A stretch of 53,537 nt of DNA from Sphaeroforma arctica JP610 (Eukaryota): the NCBI RefSeq assembly GCF_001186125.1, contig NW_014040510.1:1-53537 (forward strand). Direction: 5' to 3'. The translations under genes were made by a program, and so were the position numbers. The notes below the pieces were generated by a model. That model did no database searches. It was not told the DNA's origin and worked only from the letters and a program-made list of their open reading frames with translations. Below, piece by piece: positions 38,536-50,500 of this stretch (position 1 is the first letter of the stretch; every line of letters begins with the position of its first letter).

Positions 38536-39400
38536 TGTAATAGCCGGGTCTCCATATTAGACTCTATGTTATAAACGTACTCTTAAGCAGTACGTAAACT
38601 ATAAATGTACTCTTAATAGTACAAGGAACTTAAGTTTCCTAAATGGTTTTTAACGGTTTTATTAATTAATACCTTTTGCATTTTACATATCAGATATTTG
38701 GACGTGGCCATTAAAAGGCCTCAGTAAAATACCAGACATAAGAGTTGGTCTAGTTCTATTAATAGAACTATATTTACTTTCCAACTTTATTTATATCTGA
38801 TTACTTCGGTAGCGAGATGGCTCAACCGAATATAGGTTTCTAGGGACTAATAACGTTACCTAGTTGATCCTCCGATCAGCCAACTAGATGTGCCAGTCTG
38901 ATGAAGGCTAAGTCGGTAATTCTTGATAGTGGCAAGTTATTGGTTAAGACAATAACTAAGGACGTCAAGAGTATTTTTCATTTTTCATTTCTTTTTTCTA
39001 AAGATAGGATTTTATGAGTCTCTCGGATTCGCCCCAGAATAGAGCGACAACAAAACACTAAATAAAATCCCTTCGGCGGAAACAGTACTGAGAGGATTAT
39101 ATATAGGCAATGTCTCAGCCTCACAATCCCTCAGAGTATTGCTGTTTTCACGAGGCAAACCTAACTTTATTGTTTATTTATATCGATATTTACACGATAC
39201 TTAGAATTTACCGACGCGTTTATTTATTCTAAGGCATTTGTACCGCCTTTATTAGACCGAATCTTCAAACGAAGCATACCTATCTTTACTAAAAGTCTCA
39301 TTTCGTTTATTTACTTTGAAATTTTCACGATACTTAGAATTTACCTACGCGTTTATTTATTCTAAGGCGTTAATATCGCTTTGAGAGACCGAATCTTACA
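38536..39400. mobile_element. Candidate LTR of an unrelated family inserted at the integrase break
   Basis: Begins TGTAA exactly where integrase homology ends and finishes TTACA; non-coding and hairpin-rich; no target-site duplication visible. Confidence 0.5.
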
Positions 39401-40223
39401 ATAGGAAGGATAAATCGGAAATCACACAAATTGATGCCATACAATACCCATACGTTACTATACAAGTAATACGACACGCCAACATGAACATATATTTCAT
39501 GCGCGTAGACATGAGTCATTATTTCTATAAACAAAGTATGCGAAGTACCTTATAACCATTTTATGAATTTACAAATATTCATAACCAAGATTCGTTCGTG
39601 ATTTAATGTAAGATTACCTCGACATAATTATTAAACAAATGATAGTGAGCACAACAACGAATAGTGACATGACACACTTTAACAGCACGGGTCTTAGAGA
39701 CACTCACTTACATATATATAGACATTTAATCCGAATATACACATATAAATACTACAACATTGTAAACATTACACGGATTGAATCGAAGAATATCACAGTA
39801 AACAGATACATATATACACATAAATATGTGCACTACACAACATATACAGGAATACCATAATTAGCTGACTAAATATTACCAGTATCAGCATAGAAGAGAA
39901 TGATACAGGCAGTGATATTAGACGTAAGTTACAACACAAGACATTTACATTTACAATGAATCACAATACAAGAAGTATAAAATAGATAAGATTACTAATA
40001 CATTATATACTTACACTCGGAAACACTGCGGGAAGTCATCCACATAGTAGCAATAGGATGGCAGACGGCCACTCAGACACTCTACATTTGACAAATCGAC
40101 ACCCAATGAGAATTATCTATATCTATACTAACTAGTAGTTAATGAACTCATAAATCACCGTAATACGCACACATATAATAGGGTCTTACTGTTAATTTTC
40201 TATCACCATATAACATTCACGGC

Positions 40224-40451
40224 TGAAAGATTGATAACTTAAAGAGGTATCATCATAATTTAGTAACCAGGAGACAAAAACCATAGGTACGTGTATTTTT
40301 CATAATTACCCGTTGATAGAGAAAATATTGTTTCGCACAGGAACGTGATAATAAATACAGTAGACGCGCCGATCATAAACGGTACTTCTGACTGAGTTCA
40401 CTTATTTCAAACTTAACACTCTTTATTAAGTGTTGCTTGGTTTTGACCACA
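40224..40451 (+). repeat. 3' LTR, 5'-truncated
   Basis: Aligns to about 32554-32777; ends ttttgaccaca followed by CAGA. Confidence 0.92.
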
Positions 40452-40525
40452 CAGATTTACTCTACATACCGGCAGCCACAGCTACTTTTGTTTGTCGAGA
40501 AGTGCATATAGCGTTGTATATATAT

Positions 40526-40867
40526 NNNNNNNNNNNNNNNNNNNNNNNNNNNNNNNNNNNNNNNNNNNNNNNNNNNNNNNNNNNNNNNNNNNNNNNNNNN
40601 NNNNNNNNNNNNNNNNNNNNNNNNNNNNNNNNNNNNNNNNNNNNNNNNNNNNNNNNNNNNNNNNNNNNNNNNNNNNNNNNNNNNNNNNNNNNNNNNNNNN
40701 NNNNNNNNNNNNNNNNNNNNNNNNNNNNNNNNNNNNNNNNNNNNNNNNNNNNNNNNNNNNNNNNNNNNNNNNNNNNNNNNNNNNNNNNNNNNNNNNNNNN
40801 NNNNNNNNNNNNNNNNNNNNNNNNNNNNNNNNNNNNNNNNNNNNNNNNNNNNNNNNNNNNNNNNNNN
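40526..40867. other. Assembly gap
   Basis: Run of N. Confidence 1.
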
Positions 40868-43500
40868 CCACCATATGCCCCGACGATGTAATGGAGGCAA
40901 TACTACGCTATCCCAATAAGGGACCTGGCCCCGACGGGATCCATATCCTCCTCCTGAAGGCCGCAGTGAAGCGCTCTACCAAACGCCGGACATTAAGACG
41001 CCCCGACGCCAATAGCCCACTGATTAGACTCCTTGCCGAAGCATTCACTGAGCTACTGAAGGCGGGTACCTTCCCCGCAGCCCTGAACTGCAGCCTCCTG
41101 ACAGCGCACCCAAAGAAAGCCGATGCGGGTATCACCTCCCCCGCCGACTTCCGCCCCATCACGCTTACGCAAATAGTCAGACGCATCTTTGAAAAGTGCT
41201 TTCTTAATCTGATTACGAGCCACCCCGGCTCTGCTACCCATGCTACCCAAGCTGGCTTCAAATCACGGTACTCCTGTCATACCCAAGCACTTGCCACCAA
41301 GGAATCTGAGATACAGTCAGAAGAGAAGTGTAACGACGTCTGTCTGGACATAACTAAGGCATACGACAAGGTCGCTCTCCCACGCCTATGGGTACTTCTG
41401 CGTCACGCTGGAATGCCCAAAAACTGGATCAACTGCCTCTGCACGCTATTTGAAAGGGTCCCTACCCGAGTGACATACCGCGGTACGCTCTCGTCTCTAT
41501 TCTATAGAACGAATGGCATCCTACAAGGCTCAATCGTCGGCCCCCAGCTCTTTATTATCTACATGGATTCCTTAGCTGTCACGCTAGCACAATTTCGGCC
41601 CAAGCTCCTCCGCTCTTATTTATTTGTCGATGACACATGGATCCAAGCCCCTCGATCGGTTTCGCTCCAGCCCTTCTTAGATGACATTGATACGTGGTGA
41701 CACAAATCTGGCCTCGAACAGGGTGTCATTAAACCCCGAGTACGATCTACCGACTTGCGACACGCGGCGCCAACCATCCATATAAATGGTGAGCTTATCA
41801 CGCCGACGATTGCAGACGCACCTTGGAACACACGTTACCTCCCCCTGAAACTGGCGCCCACACATGCCGAACTGAAACACTCCAAATACCTGAGGTTCCC
41901 ACTCTCTCACGGAGTACCAGGAATCAACCTCGCTAGACATATGTAATCCCTGGTTGCAGCATTGTCACTGGGTATCGCCTCTTTCCGCGCTTATGGCTTC
42001 CATGGCTTCAGCTGGCGACACCCCCGCAACCGACTGGTGATGTTCAAAACATTCATCCTGTCCACGGCTACATATGGGCTGAACATTATTGCCTGGGCTC
42101 CGCCTATATGGAAGGATGCGTTGGACCCCCTATTCGAGCGCTTTAACTCAGTACTCATTCAAGCAGCAGTCATCATCACGGGCACTAAATACCCTCGTTT
42201 CCCAAACATCAAACAAACTTACTTCACTTTTGTGGCCTGCTCCCCGCGCGACCATTCGCGGACTACCTCGGAGGTTGCCTGGGAATACAACTCGACTCAA
42301 TGGCAAGCACAAATCCACTTACCCCTCTGACGCAACCCGCCTGGGCCCACGATAAACCATCACTGTGCTTCCCGTACAGTATCTATGCTCACCTGAAAAC
42401 TGTACACAAAATCACGGGCGGGTGTACACCCGACCATGTAGCCCTCCGCCAACGCTGTGACGTCATCAGGAAGAACTCAACAAAACGTTGGTCCAACAAG
42501 GAGATCGCGGCAATGGCCCGGCGCCAATACTACTACCAACTGGTTATGGTTATGGGTAAACCGCCAACCTCAAACCGAGACACAGCCAGACACGACAGTT
42601 TCAATCGCTGCTTCGAGTCTACACCAATTCGGCTCTGTGCTATGATTGTAACGAATACGTACATGTTCACATTGCTCGACTACCGCACCGACAGCTATCT
42701 CTGCCCTGTCTGCCCCGGTAGCCACAAGTTCGCTACCAGCCATTTTACCTGCATCCAACAACTGATTCGACGCATCCTGGTAGGCCCGAAACTGCCGCCC
42801 ATTGACCCTGACCTCCTTCAGCAATTACAGGAGTGCCACGACTACCACGGTATCTGGACCCTCCACGAACACCTTGGATGTTTTCTCCAGCATGCTGAAG
42901 AACCCCCGTACCCACACCCGTCCCTGACACATCAACAGATGTTCCCCATACCCCAGCTTATCACGCTGTTGAAGTACTACTTCCAAATATCGGTTCAAAC
43001 CAAATCATCGCGCTTGTTGGTTCCGACTATGATACTTTCGATCCAGGCCAGCCAACACATACCGAATTCATCCGTGATCTGGTGCGGCATTGGCTTACCC
43101 CCATCCTCGCTTCTCGACCGGATTATGACGGATAACCTGGTCCTTCTCGGTATTTCATACTCTGCACTAGCCCATTCCGCGGCACTACACGGCGCAGACC
43201 CGATCCGTACCACAGAGGGGGGTACTCTACTTAGTAGGTCAGCAAGCGAATATAGGGAACATTCGATAGTAACAGTGTTTTGTCAACACCGGCCCGAATT
43301 GACTCAGCATATATCTTCCATTGTCGACTCACTTGGCCCAAGCTTCAAACGGGAATTTACTGACCACTTATTCCCATCAACCTTTCCTGAACCACTTTTC
43401 CCATCAATCTTTCCTGAACCACTACAGCGACTATGAGAGCCATACCATATGTTCATACATTGTATCATACATACTTGCCATTTTTGAAATAAATAAAATT
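40868..43500 (+). mobile_element. Non-LTR retrotransposon (LINE) ORF2, degenerate, 5' part lost in the gap
   Basis: KGPGPDGI, DFRPITL, QAGFK, LDITKAYDKV, GILQGSIVGPQLF, FVDD, KYL; downstream CPVC..H..C finger; stops and frameshifts; aaataaataaaa near 43487. Confidence 0.92.
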
Positions 43501-43825
43501 ATTCCTATCACATGCTAAGCATCTTGATCATATTGTTCAACTATCATCAATATAAGAAATTCTTCTACCATTGTACGGTGACAGGCTGCAAGTCTGAAAA
43601 AAATATTCTAAAGGGCGCATATGGCGACTCACTTAAAGCGATATTTAGAATAACTTTTCACACCATATGACTCGGTCTGGAAAAAAGTAACGAATTCATG
43701 TTTTGAACGAAGGAATATTGCAGAATAATATTATCCCCAAGTTTTAAAAAGAAATTTCAGTCGCCATTTTCGAGTTTAAATTGTTCTATTGAATCATTTG
43801 TACATCACCATAATTTTGTGCACAC

Positions 43826-43909
43826 CGAAAAGATTTCAAACAGGACTGTGTGATTGTTGTTCTCCTCTGTACTGGGCGAACAGGTTGGGCATGGTAGTTG
43901 ACAAAACAG
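43826..43909 (+). other. Possible PLAC8-like exon fragment
   Basis: PKRFQTGLCDCCSP resembles the PLAC8 W/F-x-TGLCDC motif and ends at a GTATGC donor; no partner exons found. Confidence 0.3.
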
Positions 43910-44741
43910 GTATGCATAGTTATGAGGTGTCGAGTGTAACAGTACCGGAGACACAAGCTCATGTGTGTCGAAGTTGTTTTACTCTTGGTATAAATTTCTA
44001 CACATGATAGGCCACTTTGGATTTACTGACGAATATGTTCCTCAGTAGAATGTGTGCAGATATACACAAGGGCTGGAGTCCTACATTTCAAGGCTAGACA
44101 CAAGTAGGTTATGGGACTAGCTAGAAATATGACCACAGAAAACAATGTAATTTCTCGAGTGCGTTTCTCTCAGCATAAAAAATCCAAACATTTTTTTGTT
44201 CACTAGACTCGAGTTTCCACTTATTACTATCGCAAGGGGACCCGGTAGGCCACCGTTGTTTCCGTTATATTTCCGATGAATCCAATATGAGCAATAATTG
44301 ACCAGTGCCGGAAACTCAGAGTTTGATAATATCCGTACATGGGTGCTACACTCAGCATTTAGAACCACACGTATTCATTTGACAAAAAGATCATGATATA
44401 CGCTCATAAAAACTATGCACACACGCGTGTTGTACAATATAGACATGTATTCGACTCAAGTACTCATCAATCTGCAAAGCACATATTGTAATTATGGGTA
44501 TACAAGAAAGGGAATCGATTACAGACACTCAACTGTATCTTACATTCTTACATGATGTCGGCATCAAAATACTTGTCTCCGGAACGTGTCTCTGATTATA
44601 AGCCGTTTCCAGGTAATTGTCTATATCCAGGTTGATACCAAACTGTGCATTGATCAAGACTATCTTGTTGGGTTATCGAAGAGTTGCTAGATGGACTCTT
44701 TAACTATACAGAAAACTGTATATTTTTGTGGTTTGTCATGC

Positions 44742-45160
44742 GTCTATATATCCGGTGGATCAGGAACTTAAACAACGCAGAAACCTTCACTTTAACTGAG
44801 CTGATTGTTTATTTCTAAGACACACGCTGCCATTGTACTTAGTTGAGTTGTGTATTAATGTACTAGGATTTTCTGTCCATACGGCGTGTAGAAGCATGAT
44901 GACTATCATTTGTATAGAAACCCAACATATTCATTAGCGTTCTCCCCTCGTGCATACTTTTGAGATCTTGTATTTCGTCTATATATCCGGAGGTTCAAGA
45001 ACTTGAAAACCTCAGAAACCTTTACTCTAAATGAACTAATTTCATATTTCTAAGACACACGCCGCTTGTACGCAGTTGAGGTGTGTGGTATCATTTGAGG
45101 GTTTCTATCCTAACGGGCACGTATAAGTATGATAAAAATTCATTTGTGTAGAAAATGTAG
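44742..45160 (+). repeat. Diverged tandem duplication, period about 235 bp
   Basis: gtctatatatccgg..cagaaacctt..atttctaagacacacg..agttgag occurs at about 44742 and about 44977. Confidence 0.8.
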
Positions 45161-47549
45161 TCTTCAATATATTCAAGAGCGTTCTACCCTCGTTCATACT
45201 GTGGATACCTTTTACCCTCATTGTGTTTTGGAAGCTTGACCTATATATAGTTTCACTTTTATTTTTGCTTGTGCACGTAGAGTTTCTCTTAAACACTCCC
45301 GAGTTTATTGTATTTTGTCCCTCAGAGTGTTAACTGAAGTATGGCCTGGTTTAGCTGTAGTAGCATTTTCACGCTGCAGTGTTTGTAAGAATTTTTTTGC
45401 GCGTGCCATTATTATTCTGGCCTCGTTCCATATACATTGGCGCCCAATTTGTGCCTGTCTGAGTGTTAGTACTGCGCCTACTATTGGTGTTCCAACTTCA
45501 TACCCTTTCCCCTGTGGAAAGATTTTTTGGCGTACAGCTGATAGCTAAGTGTACGTTTTGAAGAAAAACTAATACTGTTAGTCTCTGTTTCATTTTTCTA
45601 TTTTTACAGTCAACTACAAGACAAATTGCGATCGCTTAAAAAATAGTCATACTGTGCTGTCTCGCACGTCGTCCAATAGCACGATTCTCGTACAACAACT
45701 TCACGTGTAGGTCTCCAAGCTTGTGGCATTGGCATTGATTAATTACGGAATCGACCTACATCGCATTCAAAAGGTACTAATAAAAGCTAAGAAGTTACCT
45801 TTTGCAAATGGTCAATTGATTATTAGCATTGGATTGTACCCCAACGCTTACGAAGAGTCATCACATTATCCTACTGGATGTTATATGAGCACGAGGTTCT
45901 GCAACTGTCGGAATTTAGCGTTCGACCTTCTAATTGCGATATTCGAATTTAATTAGTAGTCTATCTGTCATGTAAACAGAAATATATTGACTACGTGTAT
46001 GGGGGTCACGATGATCACGATCTAGCAGGTTGAATGTCTAACTCAGATTGATAGGCAAACCAGCGTATAATGTTTTGCACTGGAAATAAGATATATACCT
46101 CTATGATGAGAGGCACGATAATTCCAATCACCAGGTCGATCGCTGAATTATGTAGTGGGCAAATTAATTAGTTGTTGTCACTTACACTTGATGCTGATAT
46201 TTGGGTACTCACTAGTGTACAAGCAAAACCAAATGTTGCGCACTCGAAAGGCCACCTTGAAATATTCGATTCTTTGCTTTTGATTTTGAAACGACTACTT
46301 TTACCTTACTAGATATATATATTAATTCACATTTACCTTTTCCAATTTATACATACTACGCCTATATTGAAGAAGTTGAGTCTTCTCGGCAGCTTTTCAT
46401 TGATCGAGACTGATGGCCACTATCGTGAATGACCGCGTAAGTATCAAAGCAGTTTAATCAGCACATCAACGAGGACGTCTCGTCCCATACGACCACAGGG
46501 ATCCAATTTTAATCCACCGTATATAATCCAATTGTACACCTACTACTTATCACGTTATCTAACAATTTTATGGTCCAGAAGAATATATGTAGATTTGATG
46601 TTGAAGAGAGAATTGATTATGAAGGGTTTACATTCGATGTTTGCCAAAAGTAGTCGTACGTCAGTGCTTAAGTACCGTCAGTCTAGCATGTTGCCCTTGA
46701 AATGGTCTATTCTGTCTTTTCGATGCGTAGCAGCTGATATTGACCAAGATAAAGGTATCCGTGGTACTATTAAACTTGTGTCGTTGACCAATTCTAAATC
46801 TGGTGATCCCTATTTAAAAATTGCCCATTTCGAGTTGGATATATATATAGCTAGGCGCTATAATGGAGGAGTTTTTCGTATTCACTGAATCTTGTAGCTC
46901 ATTCAGGGGAATATGGTATATCAACAACTGTGTGGCGAGCGTTATATAAGATAAATAGCGAATATCTGGCCATCAGAGTACTACGGTGTGGCATCAGTTT
47001 CCAGTCGTAACACCTCGGTGTGCATGTGTGATACCACGACTTGCTGATGGAGGTTGCGAAAATGCGATCTAATGAATTCGGTATTCATTCCCACTTCGAA
47101 TATGACTTCACATGTGAAGCGCGCTCTGTGTATAGTAGAAATAAAAGTGCAATATATGGAATAGGATTCTGATAGCCGCGAAATACGTTATCCACTAGCT
47201 GTAACTCAACTTTAATACATAGTACATTTTTTTACCTAAACAATAAGAATATATATCTCTACCGAGTATCCTTTGAAGCTACGTGGCTTCGACACTTTGC
47301 ATTGCCGGCACGCGGCACATCAATAAACAAAATAATAGACGATAAGATTCCAACTCTCACAAGATTACGCATTAGAATGGCTTTATTGGAGGAAGAAGCG
47401 AACACTAATTTGTACACCGTGAGCTAGGAGTTTATTGTATATTTGGTTCAGTATGAAGTCATCTCGTTATCATTCGGAGCGCTCAGTTTCAATCTCATTG
47501 CGGTAGCACTGTGGGTCCCAGCATCACCTGCTTCCTCGATGGCGGGGCA

Positions 47550-50500
47550 TCACTGAGCCCGCAGCCATTTATGTGAACGAGAGAAGGCTTCCAGGAATTC
47601 AGTATCGTCTGATCGAGTGGATTTGATATGACCCAACGGCATCAGCACACTCACAAACTTGTCCACCAGCGGGTACTGGTCATTTAGCAGCAGGGAACCA
47701 GTACCAGTGTCTCGACCAATCACAAGCGCGTTCCATGGATTCACCGTCTGCACTCGCATATCGAAGTCCGTTTGCGCCTCACAGACAATCTGCAAACCTG
47801 GGCATGCTTTCTCCAATTCCTTCGCAAAGTTCTTTCCTTCATCGTCTCCCGAGGTCATGGACACTCGCACCTGTTCGCGTGCATTAGTCATGTAGAAAGG
47901 TAGAATGTAGGGTAACGCCTGCGTGCACGTATCCACGTCTGAGGTGGGTATGCGTATTTCAGTCATCTGTCCGTTTATTGGTGGTCTCTGCAGACCCCAC
48001 AGCGCGGTACGGGCGCCATAGCCCTTGTGTGGCCCACTTTGTGTTGCATCGTATATATAGTCACTCAGCATGGCCAGGTACCCGTGCACATGCGTCTGTG
48101 AGTCTGTATCGACTTTATTCTTTACACAAGACCATAGCGATCGCACTGCTTTGCACGCCTCAAACTCCTTCGCCTTAGCGGCCTCGTTGAGCAGGTGTAG
48201 ATGGGTGTAAGTGGTCATATATCCCGGTGTGGAGGAGGGCACTATTACAGGGAATTTGGTGTATGTTGACAGTACTGATCTCGGCGGGAACTCACCAAAC
48301 ACTTCAGCCTCTTGCGGGCGGGCCTGGCACGAGAGCGCGGGTGACTTCTCAGTATCACCTATATTACGAAATCGAAGTAGGCAAATGTTAGAAGTCTATA
48401 GACAGTCCTGGAGTTGCGAATCAACAAATATTTCAATCCGTTGGTATATATTGTCACGTATGCTGGCTAGCGATGCGCCGGAATTCACTGGTCATATTAT
48501 ACAAAGGCACATGTGAAACAAATCGAACTTAAACATAATACGAAGCTATTCAAGCTTATGCGTTTATCCACAACGGATTTGTCGAAGCACGGTACAGTAC
48601 GTATCTCTTTATATGTTGTATCGTGACTTATGCCGATATCACGGACAAAATACATAATGGTGGACGTACCAATTATACAGACCGGGTACACAGAGTTGCG
48701 ACAAAGCAGAACATACCTATTGAATACACGACTTGAGCAGTTTTCTCGAACAACCTCATGGCTAGAGGCCACCCCTTCTCTCGCTCAATGCTGTCTGGCG
48801 CGTTGACACTCAGTGTAATGGGTTGCTCAGTCACTAACCAGCGACAAAGATCATTTACAAACGCCTCCGAGGACAGAGTCTCCACATCTGCTGTCGTCGT
48901 TACATCCACAAAACATCTGCGCCAGTGTTCATCGATTCCGTATGGCAACGACTGGGTACTGACGTGCGCATTGCTTTCCGTAGTTTTGGGTGTGTATGCG
49001 GAGATCCTGTATGCAACAGGCGCCTTCTCTGAGTGCTGAGTGTGAGTTTCAGGTACTTCTTTTCCGAATGTCTCCGCCCAGCCTTTTAATTGCGCACTGA
49101 AGCCCTCCACCCGCAGACTATCACTGGCTTGATCCACCACTTGCAAATTTTCGCGGGAGAATATGTCTTCAAGAACTCCATCGGTGCAGTTTGGTGTGAC
49201 CAGATGACGTAGAGCGGTACACTGGCCACTGTTCTCTATCGCGGCTGACATAATCACAGCCTGTTTATATTGGAGATAACAACAAAACAATTTTCGATAA
49301 AAAATACACAGGATAGTACTTGCGAGTATTAGGTGAAGTCCATGAAAATTCTATCCACTAGGTAGCAAAGCACCAATATGAATATATGCTCTGCTCGAAG
49401 GATTGTAGTACATATGTGATCAGTACATAACTTACAACGCACAAGTACAACGTAAGATCAGAAATGTATACGCTCATGTCAAGTATACACACCTCATTGA
49501 CAGGGCCCGTTAGGTGTGTGGCTACCATCGTATTCGGGCCTCCGGTGGAGGAGAAAGTATTCGGGAGGATATCTTTGATCGCCTTCGCTACTGGACGAGC
49601 GCCTGTGAAGTAAAGTGGGCTGCCGTTGCATTCGCTCATAATACGGCGCTGTAAGAGGGTAAATCGTAGGAGGCAAATGTGCAATATTAAAATTAGGGCG
49701 CACTTGGGTGAATTCGACCACATTAATCCTTCAGTGAGTGCAACAATTCAGACGCTACACACACTGAATAGGAGTACAATGCTATGCAGGGACCTGTACT
49801 CCCGCTAAGCACTATACCAAATACACCACTCTCGCGAATTATCCACCACTTGAGTGGGCATGTATGTAAAATCCAACACCTGGCGACGTGTACAAGCTCA
49901 TACTCAGTCATGCACACTGTTGCAGGACGATGGTCATCGACGGCAAAAGAGAGCAGCGGCTATAAATAGGCCCGCTAGCACACAGCGACGACCCACCCCA
50001 ACCAAAAAGATTCCGAGAATACTCACCTGTTGCTCAATATCACATGAGACGTATGTCACCATGCCTGCGTCCAGCCCGTGTTTCTGCATATACTCCTGTA
50101 GCATCATGAACCATCTAAAGGTATGCTGTACGGTGTTTGACCGCGACAGCACTACCACGGGGATGCCCAACTCCAGATTGCGCAGAGTTTTCCGGCAAAG
50201 ATCCAGAAAGTTCGTGAAATTGGACACACAGCCTACGAGTGCAGGGCTGCGATCAATGTGCAGCATGCCTTTCGTCTCGTCTTCGAAGAGCTTATCATTC
50301 AACCGCCGCTCGACGGTGTTTGCCATGTGCGACTGACGCCCCATGGGCACAAATAAAGATGTGATAATCATAGATGAGTATCGAGTGTGACTGTGTGAGT
50401 ATGAGGTGAACGATGCAGTACCACAGTGCACAGATCATTGCGCGTTGATTTTAATCACACGGTTGACATTCAGGGTGCTCCCAGAGTGATATCATATTGG

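Larger units (their letters stand above)
32405..40451 (+). mobile_element. Ty3/Gypsy LTR retrotransposon, degenerate: gag-PR-RT-RNase H-N6-adenine MTase-integrase
   Basis: 5' LTR 32405-32777, partial 3' LTR 40224-40451, CAGA on both outer flanks (32401-32404 and 40452-40455), Gypsy domain order. Confidence 0.93.

Noticed and set aside
38898..38925. Hammerhead ribozyme at CTGATGA-AGGC-TAA-GTC
   Set aside because: The required GAAA reads GGTAA, and I could not build stems I and III with a cleavage triplet.
38536..39400. Group I intron or organellar insertion
   Set aside because: No convincing ordered P/Q/R/S elements and no rRNA, tRNA or organellar gene similarity recognised.
32405..40451. 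Classification as a DIRS element because of the MTase
   Set aside because: Direct TG..CA LTRs, a TSD, an aspartic protease and a DDE integrase are present; no tyrosine recombinase was seen.
45300..47150. Short ORFs that may be transposon debris
   Set aside because: No ordered motif set could be recognised.
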